A DNA stretch of 64,000 bases from an uncultured Nitrososphaeraceae archaeon (lineage in GTDB: Archaea > Thermoproteota > Nitrososphaeria > Nitrososphaerales > Nitrososphaeraceae), in the NCBI GenBank assembly GCA_963779615.1, contig CAVZZA010000001.1, positions 544,001 to 608,000 on the forward strand, written 5' to 3'. Of the stretch, positions 31,055 through 40,764 are shown in pieces. A model generated the notes under the pieces. The model was not told the DNA's origin. It was given only the letters and a program-made list of their open reading frames with translations, and made no database searches. The translations under genes were made by a program, and so were the position numbers. The first letter of the stretch is position 1. Every line of letters starts with the position of its first letter.

Positions 31055-32049
31055 AAAGCAGATATTGTCTTTACTTATGTCTAAATTGGGTCCTGACAAT
31101 ATAGATCCTTTATTTGGTAAAGATGATATCTCTATGGTTTCATTAAATAAAATTGTGAAAATGGCAAACAACGACTATTCCTTAGCAATTACCTGCGATA
31201 TGTTGGTAGAACATACTGATGTACCGCCCAAAATGACATTCAGGCAAATAGCTAGGAAGTCTCTTGTTTCTTGCATGAGTGATTTAAGTACAAAAAGGAA
31301 TAAAACCAATTGTTGCATTAATATCTTTAGGAATACCTAGATACCTAAACAGGTGGAATGTTGATGATATCATCAAGGGGTTTTCGCTGACATCAAAGGA
31401 GTTTGGTTTTTTTGTAATCGGCGGTGATATTAATGAATCTAAAGAGCTTATTATTGACTGTTGCATGTTGGGTTTTCCCAGCAATAAATTGAAGGTCCCT
31501 AGAAGAAATGGTGCTGCTGCTGGTGATTATGTAGTAGTTTCCGGTTCATTTGGATATAGCTCTTCAGGTTTAAAGATTTTACTAAATGATTTAAGGTGCC
31601 CTAATTATCTATTTCGAAAGATGTCTATTGACTCTGTTTTAAATCCATCTCCCCCCATTAAATTTGGATTAAAATTGTCTCACTATCTTTCCTCCTCAAT
31701 AGATTCAAGTGATGGTCTTGCTTTATCGTTATACGAATTAGCTAAAGGGAGTAATGTCGATCTATTGATATATAAGGATAAAATACCGATTCCTTCAGAA
31801 TTGCAAAAATTTTCAACAATGAATAATCTCGACATAGATGATCTGATATATTATGGTGGAGAAGAATATCATGTAATTGGAACAGTTTCGAAAAAAAACC
31901 TAAGAAAAGTTAATGCCCTGGCAAAAAAACACTGTCTGAATTTTTTCATCATCGGTAGGGCCGTTGACGGCATAGGCAAAGTTTTTGAAATCTGCTCTAA
32001 TGGTCAAAGGAAACAGTTAAAAAATAAAGGTTTCACACATTTAACTTAA
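31038..32049 (+). CDS. thiL: Thiamine-monophosphate kinase, split by an extra A in the run 31292-31296
   Basis: GKDD, DMLVEHTD, SDLSTK|GIKP, VIGGDIN, IDSSDGL, GGEEY; removing one A joins the frames. Confidence 0.88.
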
Positions 32050-32088
32050 GAAGGTTTTTAAATGCGATGATCAAAAATTTTTATATTA

Positions 32089-32493
32089 ATGTCTCAGGAA
32101 GAAATTACCCAATATAAGTGGGGGGTTGCCCATATTTTTAGTAGTTATAATAATACTCTAGTTCATATTACTGATACAAGTGGTGCCGAAACCATTTCCA
32201 TTAGCTCTGGTGGACGACATGTAACAGCAGACCGTTATGAGTCCTCTCCTTATGCAGCTATGAAATCTGCTGTCTCCGCTGCAGACGCTGCTAAAAGCAA
32301 AGGCATTAATGCACTCCATATTAGAGTTAGAGCAGTTGGTGGAGTCGGCCCCAGAATCCCTGGACCTGGTGCTCAAGCTGCAATAAGAGCTTTAGCGAGA
32401 GCAGGATTCCGTATAGGGAGGATAGACGATGTTACACCTGTTCCTCATGATACGACAAGAAAACCTGGTGGCCGTAGAGGGAGAAGAGTGTAA
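32089..32493 (+). CDS. rps11: 30S ribosomal protein S11 (uS11)
   Basis: [39 protein letters not shown]. Confidence 0.97.
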   Translation: MSQEEITQYKWGVAHIFSSYNNTLVHITDTSGAETISISSGGRHVTADRYESSPYAAMKSAVSAADAAKSKGINALHIRVRAVGGVGPRIPGPGAQAAIRALARAGFRIGRIDDVTPVPHDTTRKPGGRRGRRV

Positions 32494-32545
32494 TTACATT
32501 ATTTTCTGTCATATCTGTCTATTTTTGCCTTAAGTTAACTTATAT

Positions 32546-32619
32546 TGGGACCGGCCGGATTTGAACCGACGACCTCCAGCGCCCAAGGCTGGCATCCTAC
32601 CATGCTAGACAACGATCCC
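32546..32619 (-). tRNA. tRNA-Pro(TGG), intronless
   Basis: GGGATCG/CGGTCCC acceptor; CCAGC-CTTGGGC-GCTGG anticodon arm; GTCGG-TTCAAAT-CCGGC T arm. Confidence 0.95.
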
Positions 32620-32633
32620 TCTTGTATTCTGAG

Positions 32634-32675
32634 ATTTTAATCTTATTTTAATCTTATTTTAATCTTATTTTAATC
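32634..32675. repeat. 11-bp tandem repeat (ATTTTAATCTT, nearly 4 copies)
   Basis: Read directly; lies between divergent tRNA-Pro and map. Confidence 0.85.
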
Positions 32676-32740
32676 GATATGGCGAGTAAAGTGTGTCGCA
32701 TTATTATTATATTATCTTAGGTTGTAATTATTTTTAGTTT

Positions 32741-33634
32741 ATGATATTGGAAAATTATACACTTGCAGGTCATATTGCTTCTACAGTTAGAGAGAATGCC
32801 CGCAAGAAAAATCATATCGGTAGAACTCTGTTTGAAATATGCGAGTCCATAGAAAATGAGATCGCTTTACTTGGTGGAAACCCCGCATTTCCTGTAAATG
32901 TTAGTTTAAACGAGATAGCAGCACATTACACAGCTGAACCTCAAGATCAAATTGAAGTTAAAGATACTGATGTTCTCAAAATAGATTTAGGTGTCCATAT
33001 AGATGGATATATTGCCGATACGGCAGTCACTGTTTCCTACAGTTCAAAATATGATCAGTTAGTAGATGTTGCTGAATTATCTTTATCTGAAGCAATTAAA
33101 ATTGCAAAAATTAATGCAAAATCAAATGAGATAGGAAAAATAATTGAAAATACTATAATACATCATGGCCTAAAGCCTATTCAAAACTTAAGCGGTCATT
33201 CACTAGATAGATATACTATACATGCGGGTAAATCTGTTCCAAACATTAAAACATTGGGATCTTCTTTTTCCTTGGTTAATAACCAAGCATATGCAATTGA
33301 ACCTTTTGTTACCACTAAAGATGGACTAGGAATTGTTTATGAGGGAAAAACTAAAAACATATTCTCTCTGGTTTCTAGAAAGCCTTCTAAGGATAAAGAT
33401 TCAGATGCTTTTATAGACTATTTATGGAACCGATATAAAACATTGCCTTTTGCTATACGATGGTTGATTAAAGATTATGATGAAACTGAAATACGTGATA
33501 TGGTTGAATATTTGATAAGAAAGAAAAACATTAGAGCCTATCCAATTCTCGTTGAAGGTAACAATAAAATTGTGTCTCAAGCAGAACATACTTTTTTCAT
33601 TGCAGAGGATTTAAGTTATATCATCACCAAATAA
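32741..33634 (+). CDS. map: Type II methionine aminopeptidase
   Basis: AFPVNVS..EIAAHYT, IDLGVHIDGYIADTA, NLSGH, IHAG, AIEPF, QAEHT. Confidence 0.95.
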   Translation: MILENYTLAGHIASTVRENARKKNHIGRTLFEICESIENEIALLGGNPAFPVNVSLNEIAAHYTAEPQDQIEVKDTDVLKIDLGVHIDGYIADTAVTVSYSSKYDQLVDVAELSLSEAIKIAKINAKSNEIGKIIENTIIHHGLKPIQNLSGHSLDRYTIHAGKSVPNIKTLGSSFSLVNNQAYAIEPFVTTKDGLGIVYEGKTKNIFSLVSRKPSKDKDSDAFIDYLWNRYKTLPFAIRWLIKDYDETEIRDMVEYLIRKKNIRAYPILVEGNNKIVSQAEHTFFIAEDLSYIITK

Positions 33635-34043
33635 ATAGACAAAAATTAAATTTAATTGTTGCAAATAATGCGCAACTTTATATCCATATTATTAAGTAAA
33701 AAGTATTTTCCATTAATATTCTTCATTATGAAAACACTGTGTGTGTATGTTTGTTGAAAGCATTGTAAATCTATTTCCTGATTTCATTCAACAAAGGAAC
33801 GTTATAAATAACAAATTTTGACGGAAAAAGATAGCATAAGAAGAAAGAAAGTCAAGTTATTTATGCATAAATTGACAGTTGTAACTGTTTGATGAGGCAA
33901 TACGCTGCATGATTGTGTACTAAATAACTTGATTATGGGTAGTTCAGTATCAGCTAAAAATTATAATGTAAAAAATGTAATTAATTGGTCATTGAATCTT
34001 GTGCACAACGCCTCAAAGGGAAACCAGATTAGCGCCAAATAAG

Positions 34044-34292
34044 TTATTTTTTTTTGAAATTGAAATAACAGGAGTGACATCGATCCTTTCCATAGATCAC
34101 ACCAGTATTTCCACATTCAGAGCATTTTTTTTCGTTATCAACTGTTGAATCCAAGGATTTTATTTTTTGAATACACGTGCCACAAAGAGGGGCATCAAGA
34201 TTATGGCTAGAGATGAAAGCATCACCGCATTGGGTACACCTAAAACTATAAATTTTACCCTTGGGTTTCCACTTTCTAAATGGATTTATCAT
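34044..34292 (-). CDS. Small Cys-rich double zinc-finger protein
   Basis: CTQC, CGTC, CSEC, CHSC. Confidence 0.7.
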   Translation of the reverse strand: MINPFRKWKPKGKIYSFRCTQCGDAFISSHNLDAPLCGTCIQKIKSLDSTVDNEKKCSECGNTGVIYGKDRCHSCYFNFKKK

Positions 34293-34379
34293 AAAAACGA
34301 ATTAGATTTATACCAACACACATTTTAATTTAATGACATTGTAAAAGAAAGGATAATGATTATAAAATAATTAACGCCG

Positions 34380-34646
34380 TTAGACCTGATGTTTCCATTT
34401 TCCAACCCTGATTAAAAATACACCTAATGATATTAATATTAATGAGATGAATAGGAATAAGGGATTTATTAACTGCCTAAGATACTGTGGTGCGGTAGAA
34501 ACAAAAACGCAAGATTTTTCACATAGTTTTACTACAGGGAAAATTAATAGAATCGATCCGAACAAAATTAACATAACTACCCCTAAAGTGGAAACAATCG
34601 CCCCACTTTTTATAATATAGTCAAGTTTTTTTGATTGAAAATCCAT
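34380..34646 (-). CDS. Small two-TM membrane protein
   Basis: Two hydrophobic helices flanking a CEKSC loop. Confidence 0.6.
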   Translation of the reverse strand: MDFQSKKLDYIIKSGAIVSTLGVVMLILFGSILLIFPVVKLCEKSCVFVSTAPQYLRQLINPLFLFISLILISLGVFLIRVGKWKHQV

Positions 34647-34680
34647 TAGAATAACAACAAATATTTTAATGCCGTTAATA

Positions 34681-35280
34681 TCAAAGTTTTGTCAAGTCAA
34701 TAGTAACATAGCGATACTCGCTGCTTTTTGATACCAATTTAAACTGTCGATTATAATATAAAAAGGGCACAGAGCCATCAAGATGAAGGCTCCATAGATT
34801 ATGAATGCCATCAAAATATATTTTTCTTTTTTTACCACTCCGACGAAGAAATTCATGTGATATGACATGGGAAATTTGAGCACAATTGTTATCTGCAAAA
34901 TATTTTTCGTTCCCTCCGGAGAAAGAGTGCGGAGGTTTAGGTCGATGCCATGTTACCATTCCAATATTTTCTGCGTGGTATCCGTCTAAAGGACGACAAT
35001 CTGTCCATATGGGTTTAAAATATGGGAGATAAAAATGAAAAACAGAGTTGCCCCGTTCCGAATGGTCTTTCAAAAGGTAGGCAATTGAGGGTCTGTCAAA
35101 AATCTTTCCAGGTATTATAGGTAATATATCCGACTCTATTGTAACATCGATATTAAACTCATGTTCTATCCACCATTTGAAAAACCTGGTCATGGATGAA
35201 ACATATGCCCAATCTTCATCATAGAGCTTTTTCCAATCCTCATTTTTTGCCACATAAATAAAAAAAAGCCTGTTTAGCAA
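34681..35280 (-). CDS. Hypothetical protein
   Basis: 199 aa ORF; FHFYL, WTDC, SHEFLRR motifs. Confidence 0.7.
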   Translation of the reverse strand: MLNRLFFIYVAKNEDWKKLYDEDWAYVSSMTRFFKWWIEHEFNIDVTIESDILPIIPGKIFDRPSIAYLLKDHSERGNSVFHFYLPYFKPIWTDCRPLDGYHAENIGMVTWHRPKPPHSFSGGNEKYFADNNCAQISHVISHEFLRRSGKKRKIYFDGIHNLWSLHLDGSVPFLYYNRQFKLVSKSSEYRYVTIDLTKL

Positions 35281-35392
35281 TGATTTACATCACCAATACC
35301 TACATAAAGTTTTTAGGATTTATTGAAATTCAATTCTTTGTTGAGGTAAGAAAACATTCAAAAAGTTCATAATTGGAAGCGATATAGTAAAA

Positions 35393-35806
35393 TTGATGTC
35401 ATTTAGAAAATTAGGTGCCGTTATACTTTTAGTCTCGGATATGGACAAATCAGTCCAGTTTTACAAGGAAATATTAAATATTCCGATAAAGAAAAGATCA
35501 GACCAATGGACAGAATTTTTCAATAGAGAAACGGTATTAGCTTTGCATCCGGCAAAACATAAAGGACACCTCAAAGCAGGCCAACATATTTTGATTGGGT
35601 TTACTGCTGGTGATTTCGATCGAACTATGAAGAATTTGCAAGAAAAAAATGTAACATTCTTCAAAAAGCCTCGGGAGGAAGGATTTGGGAAACATGCAAT
35701 CATAGAAGACCCAGATGGTCATTTGGTATCAATTGTCAAATTAAAAGAAGAAAACCAGCAAGAAGACGACGGATTCGACCTTTTAGGGATGATTGGAGCG
35801 GAATAA
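35393..35806 (+). CDS. VOC/glyoxalase family protein
   Basis: VSDMDKSVQFYKEIL, GKHAIIEDPDGH. Confidence 0.88.
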   Translation: MMSFRKLGAVILLVSDMDKSVQFYKEILNIPIKKRSDQWTEFFNRETVLALHPAKHKGHLKAGQHILIGFTAGDFDRTMKNLQEKNVTFFKKPREEGFGKHAIIEDPDGHLVSIVKLKEENQQEDDGFDLLGMIGAE

Positions 35807-36032
35807 ACACAATTAATTTAAATTTTTAATATTTGTTTTCAACCAGTGTATAAAATACATAGGGAAAACATCAGCAGCTGTTAATCTGTAGTTCAGATGT
35901 TTTCCACATATGCATTTAAAAAAATGTTTGTTTAGAAGGCTCCTGCGTAGTTACCACCTCAAATTTCTGAAAGTTGTTAATACAACAAATAAACTGCTGA
36001 CTTAAATGCTATTTCCCAGAAAAATAATCGGA

Positions 36033-36163
36033 TGGGGCCGAAGGGATTTGTTCCAATATGTTTGTCAGACATATTATTTGAACCCCTGATCCACGGGTTT
36101 CTTCTATAATTGCCCATTATATGATCTGGAGCCCGTTGCGATTCCAGGCTTCGCTACGACCCC
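36033..36163 (-). tRNA. tRNA-Trp(CCA) with two introns (36099-36125 at 37/38; 36048-36077 in T-loop at 58/59)
   Basis: GGGGTCG/CGGCCCC acceptor; ACGGG-CTCCAG|A-CCCGT; T-loop intron with BHB helix GTTC/GAAC, AAA bulges and outer stem TAATATGT/ACATATTG. Confidence 0.9.
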
Positions 36164-36277
36164 ACCTTCAATATTGTTTTTATGGATGTAAGTATAAATT
36201 TTTCTAATTCTCCGGCAACTCCTTTTAAAGTTTTACACGATCATTGAATCTCCAAAAATATATGGTTTAAATAGAAA

Positions 36278-38134
36278 ATGACCTATATGTTAATAGTATT
36301 GGTAAATTCTGTTGATTCTGATGTTCTTTTTTCATCCAAAAAAAAACATTTGAATTCTGATGAAAATTGGGGATTGGTTGAAGAGTCTGAATATTTTGCT
36401 AACAAAGTAAAACTTTATCGCCAAGATAAATTAAATGCTGATGAATTTAGGCGCTTTAGGCTCCAAAATGGTGCTTATGGTTCTAGACTAAATAGTGAAT
36501 TTAGCATGATACGGATAAAGGTTCCCGGGGGTGACATTAGCCCAGAACAAATGGAAAAAATTGCTAACTTGGCCGAATCGTTTTCCATAGGTTCCGCCCA
36601 CGTATCCACCAGACAAAATATTCAATTACACTGGGTACAGTTGGAGGACGTAAGTGAAGTAGTTAGAGGCCTGGCTGAAGGCGGTCTAACCTCAAGAGAA
36701 GCCTGTGGCAATACTATCAGGAATGTTATGTGTAGCCATTTTGCGGGGGTGTGTTCCAATGAACCTTTTGATGTAACCATACATGCAAAAGCTATTGCAA
36801 AATTCTTTTTGAGAAATCCACTGTGCCAGAATTTGCCCCGAAAATTCAAATTTAATTTTGCCTGCTGTTCTGAACATGGCTTTGTAAGAATTGCAGATGT
36901 AGGGCTGGTTCCAACTATTCGTGATGGGGTCCGGGGCTTTAGAATATACCTTGGAGGTGGATTAGGAGCTGCATCGTTTATAGCTCATCTTCTGGAAGAG
37001 TTCACGCCCGAATCGAGACTTTTATCTACTTGTGTATCTACAATTAGGCTTTATGATAGGCTGGGCAACCGTGAGAACCTCGCAAGAAATAGGATGCGTT
37101 ATTTAGTTAATGAAATGGGATGGGAAAAATTTCAGTCCTTGTTATTAAAGGAGCGTGTTATAGTGGAAGCAACAACATCAATTCCCACAAAAAATAGCTT
37201 TGATAATGTTTTAAATATTGGTAACAATGATATTGCCATTTCACCCATATCCAGCAAAAAAACATTGCCATTGATAAATTCTGGTAATGCGCAAACACCG
37301 TATAACAGGTGGTTAAACACTAATGTGGTTGCTCAGAAACAATCCGGATACTATGGTGTATACACAACATTAGGTGCTGGTGACATTACTTCAAGCCAAC
37401 TTCGCGTTTTAGCTGAATGTACCCGGGAGTTTTCATTAGAGCAAAAAGCCAGAACTACTCCCCAGCAAAACTTTTTTATCAGGTATGTCAAATCGGCCTC
37501 GATACCCAAAATTTTTACTAAATTGTCTAGTGCCGGGCTTGGTAACCCCGGTGCTAATACTATTGCTTCTGCAGTGGGCTGCTCTGGAACAACATCTTGC
37601 AATCTTGCTATAACTAATTCTCACAGACTTGCTAAAGAAATCCAAAGTAAGTTCCTGGAATTGAATTTTGACATGGATCACGATTTTAATACTTCTGCAA
37701 TCAAAATTAGTGGATGTCCTAATTCTTGTGGACAGCATGAAGTAGCAACCATTGGATTTTATGGGGGAGCTTCAAGAATCGGAAACTCAATGGCTCCCAT
37801 ATACACAATGCTTTTTGCTGGCAGTACTGGAGAAACTGGAGAATTGGGAAAAACCGTTATGCGTGTTCCAGCAAAACGAGTTATTGACGTAGTTCTTAAA
37901 ATAATTGAATGTTATAAAGAAGGAAAAAATGGCAATGAAAAATTGCATGATTGGATATATAACATATCAGTAGGACATGGTAATGGACAACTAAAGACTT
38001 TGGAGGACATAAAAAAGATACTTGTTCCTGTTGCCAAATTGCCTTCACTTGACGAAAACCCTGATTCGTATAAAGACTACGGCGCGGACTCTAGCTTTAT
38101 CGCAAAAACTGCAAGGGGAGAATGTGCTGCTTGA
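36278..38134 (+). CDS. Ferredoxin-dependent nitrite/sulfite reductase (siroheme, 4Fe-4S), probably assimilatory sulfite reductase
   Basis: STRQNIQ, ACGNTIRN, LPRKFK, CSGTTSC, SGCPNSCGQH; rhodanese gene follows. Confidence 0.92.
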   Translation: MTYMLIVLVNSVDSDVLFSSKKKHLNSDENWGLVEESEYFANKVKLYRQDKLNADEFRRFRLQNGAYGSRLNSEFSMIRIKVPGGDISPEQMEKIANLAESFSIGSAHVSTRQNIQLHWVQLEDVSEVVRGLAEGGLTSREACGNTIRNVMCSHFAGVCSNEPFDVTIHAKAIAKFFLRNPLCQNLPRKFKFNFACCSEHGFVRIADVGLVPTIRDGVRGFRIYLGGGLGAASFIAHLLEEFTPESRLLSTCVSTIRLYDRLGNRENLARNRMRYLVNEMGWEKFQSLLLKERVIVEATTSIPTKNSFDNVLNIGNNDIAISPISSKKTLPLINSGNAQTPYNRWLNTNVVAQKQSGYYGVYTTLGAGDITSSQLRVLAECTREFSLEQKARTTPQQNFFIRYVKSASIPKIFTKLSSAGLGNPGANTIASAVGCSGTTSCNLAITNSHRLAKEIQSKFLELNFDMDHDFNTSAIKISGCPNSCGQHEVATIGFYGGASRIGNSMAPIYTMLFAGSTGETGELGKTVMRVPAKRVIDVVLKIIECYKEGKNGNEKLHDWIYNISVGHGNGQLKTLEDIKKILVPVAKLPSLDENPDSYKDYGADSSFIAKTARGECAA

Positions 38135-39024
38135 ATGATTTAACTAGGCAAAAAAATAAAAATAGCATTCAATCAGGTCGTAATCTGAAAAAAAAAGTTA
38201 TCCTTAAAAAAGAAAATTCAATGTCAACATCTACATTGAATTTAGTGTGCGATGTTGATACCCTGAGAACTTTAATAAAAAGGAAAAATAAAGTTAGAAT
38301 TGTAGATGTTAGAAAGAAGGCGGATTACCTAAAAGGCCATATACCCACTTCTGTTTCTTTACCATTGGCTGATTTATTGTCTAATGATTCTCCAGAATCC
38401 GTAATTGGTATTTTGAATAACTTGGGGATAGCTGACAATACCCCTGTGGTTGTATATGATGACACTTTTGGGGCATTGGCGTCAAGAGTTGCATGGTCTT
38501 TTAAATTTGTTGGACATGAAAATGCCTCCCTTTTAGAAGTCACTTATAGTGGCTGGAAAAACTTGGGTTTAGAAATAGAAAAAAAACCTAATAAATATCC
38601 TAAATCTTCTCATTCTGTTGATATCGATTATTCTATTTACGCAGATGCTGAATATGTGGAAAACGCTCACAACGATAAGGACAAAGTCATAATTGACTCT
38701 CGTGAAAGATTAAACTTTCTAACTGAACACATTCCAAATTCAAAAAACATTCCATACACTATGATACGCTCAGAAGATTTTATATTAAGAAAGCCTTCTG
38801 AACTTAAACGATTTATGGAAAATAGGGGTATCGACTTTAGTAGTGAAATAATAACTTATTGTGGAAGTGTTGGAACTTTGTCTGGTTTGGTTTTTTTTGC
38901 TTTAAAGTCTGTTGGGGTTCCAAATGTAAAACTGTATACAAAATCCTTTAAAGAATGGAAATCCTTGGGGAAACCCAAAACCGAGTTTAAAGATGCAACA
39001 TATTGGGACCTTTCGGCAGAATGA
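38122..39024 (+). CDS. Tandem-domain rhodanese/sulfurtransferase (start likely ATG 38221)
   Basis: IVDVR, GHIP, VVVYDD, HIPNS, TYCGSVG, SFKEW. Confidence 0.9.
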   Translation: MCCLNDLTRQKNKNSIQSGRNLKKKVILKKENSMSTSTLNLVCDVDTLRTLIKRKNKVRIVDVRKKADYLKGHIPTSVSLPLADLLSNDSPESVIGILNNLGIADNTPVVVYDDTFGALASRVAWSFKFVGHENASLLEVTYSGWKNLGLEIEKKPNKYPKSSHSVDIDYSIYADAEYVENAHNDKDKVIIDSRERLNFLTEHIPNSKNIPYTMIRSEDFILRKPSELKRFMENRGIDFSSEIITYCGSVGTLSGLVFFALKSVGVPNVKLYTKSFKEWKSLGKPKTEFKDATYWDLSAE

Positions 39025-39079
39025 CATGGCCTGCCCTCATTAACTTTAACTTTTTTCTTTTATTCTTGATGATTGCAGC

Positions 39080-39484
39080 CTAGTTTTCAAACCACTTGAT
39101 TATTTCCTCTATGCCTTGATTCTTTATTGTTATTTTTATTGGCCCCAATGGGGATTCATCTTCTTCTTCAACTATTGCAACGACACCAGAAAAAGCTGCC
39201 TGCTTGTTTACTAAAAACCAGGTCATGTTAATACTTTGATTGATATATAAAAACTTCTTTAGAACCGCTAATGTAGATCTTGATCTTATTTGTTCTTTTA
39301 TTTTTTTTAGTATTTCCAATTTTTCAGTAGAAAAATACAGTTTGTTGTCTTTTAAAATAAAACTAAAGCCAGGAAAAATGTTTTTTATCGCAGTGGTCAC
39401 CTTTTCTAATTCTTCAGACGGATTAACGTAAGTCTGTACCGTTATTTCCAAGTCATTCTTATGAACTGTGTTTTCGGTTTTCAT
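39080..39484 (-). CDS. UPF0201-family putative RNA-binding protein
   Basis: VNPSEELEKV..AIKNIFP, NKQAAF, ESPLGPI. Confidence 0.8.
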   Translation of the reverse strand: MKTENTVHKNDLEITVQTYVNPSEELEKVTTAIKNIFPGFSFILKDNKLYFSTEKLEILKKIKEQIRSRSTLAVLKKFLYINQSINMTWFLVNKQAAFSGVVAIVEEEDESPLGPIKITIKNQGIEEIIKWFEN

Positions 39485-39492
39485 ACCTGTGT

Positions 39493-40065
39493 TTATCTGG
39501 TTATGATATTTTTTGATTCAAAATTTCTAAATTCTGAAATCCATTTTAAGGTGATTTTCTCAACATTATTTCTTAATTCTTCAATTGTGAGCGCATTATT
39601 CGATATTGTTTCGTCAGCTAGTGCTATAGCTTCACTTATGCCTACGTCCATTTCTCTCTTATCTCTTTGTAAAAATCTCTCGTAGTTAGAGGGAGAATCA
39701 AACCTATCCCTTAGTATTATATGATCAAACCTTGTATTTGATGATGCGTGTATGGCTAATAGCCTTACAAAATCTGAATCTTTTAGAATTTTAAATTCTC
39801 CATAGCTTCTAATTCCGTCCACCACAACAAAATTCTCATCATCTTTTAGTTTTTTTATTTTCTGTGAAATTAATTTTGCAATTATTTCATTACCGTGTTC
39901 CCGCCTTAATTCCTTCATTAGCTCACCCAAGTTTTTGTCATTTAACTCTAATTTTTTTTCAAGGGCTTTTTCCCTTATGACGTCGCCCATGATAATGACG
40001 TGAAAGTTTTTTTCCTTGAGCAAATTGGCAACGGTTGATTTTCCTGCTCCAGGCATTCCTGTCAA
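39493..40065 (-). CDS. P-loop nucleotide kinase (UPF0200/dephospho-CoA kinase-like); start likely slightly upstream
   Basis: TGMPGAGKST, MGDVIRE, VVDGIRS, RDKRE. Confidence 0.82.
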   Translation of the reverse strand: MTGMPGAGKSTVANLLKEKNFHVIIMGDVIREKALEKKLELNDKNLGELMKELRREHGNEIIAKLISQKIKKLKDDENFVVVDGIRSYGEFKILKDSDFVRLLAIHASSNTRFDHIILRDRFDSPSNYERFLQRDKREMDVGISEAIALADETISNNALTIEELRNNVEKITLKWISEFRNFESKNIITR

Positions 40066-40179
40066 ACATATGATGAGTCGCTTAAATTTTGATTACCTCT
40101 ACTTCACCAAGTAGGTAACTTTATTTATTTATTTTTTATGACTTTTTGATATATAAAACTGAGGATATGTTCAAATAAC

Positions 40180-40764
40180 ATGCGTCTGTTTGTTGCAATA
40201 GATATAGATAATGATGATATTGAAAAGCTTCAAAATTACCTTTGTGAAAAATTCTGTTTTAACTCCCGGTATGTCAAACCAACAAAAAAAGGTAACTTGC
40301 ATATAACTGTAAACTTTTTAGGCGAGAAAAACGACCTTGAAACAAAAGACATAATTCTAGATTTGACAAAAATCCATTTTACCTCTTTTAAAATAGTATT
40401 TAACCATATGGGTGTCTTTCCAAATATGCTTTCTCCTAAAATCATTTGGCTCGGTTTGGATGATCAAAGCAATGAAAAATTAAGTGATATTTATTTTCAA
40501 ATAGGTTGTGTGTTAAAAAAATATGTTGATAAGAAAAACAGTGGTGAAATCAGGGATTCTGGTATCCAAAAATTTGTGCCGCATCTCACCGTTTTTCGAA
40601 TTCGTAACAATTACCGTATTCCGGATCTCCTTTCTTCTTTCCCTATCAGATTTATTTCAGAATACCAGGTAAATAAAATTAGTTTAAAAAAAAGTACTAT
40701 CACTTCAAATGGGCCTATGTATTCCGATTTACTTAATATTTATGCCGATAAAAAAGATGCCTGA
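40180..40764 (+). CDS. thpR: RNA 2',3'-cyclic phosphodiesterase (2H family)
   Basis: MRLFVAID, LHITV and PHLTV motifs, GPMY. Confidence 0.9.
   Translation: MRLFVAIDIDNDDIEKLQNYLCEKFCFNSRYVKPTKKGNLHITVNFLGEKNDLETKDIILDLTKIHFTSFKIVFNHMGVFPNMLSPKIIWLGLDDQSNEKLSDIYFQIGCVLKKYVDKKNSGEIRDSGIQKFVPHLTVFRIRNNYRIPDLLSSFPIRFISEYQVNKISLKKSTITSNGPMYSDLLNIYADKKDA

Noticed and set aside
21280-32049. Programmed frameshifting in thrC, thiL and the acidic protein
   Set aside because: No shared slippery motif or stimulatory structure seen; several unrelated single-base indels are better explained by consensus errors.
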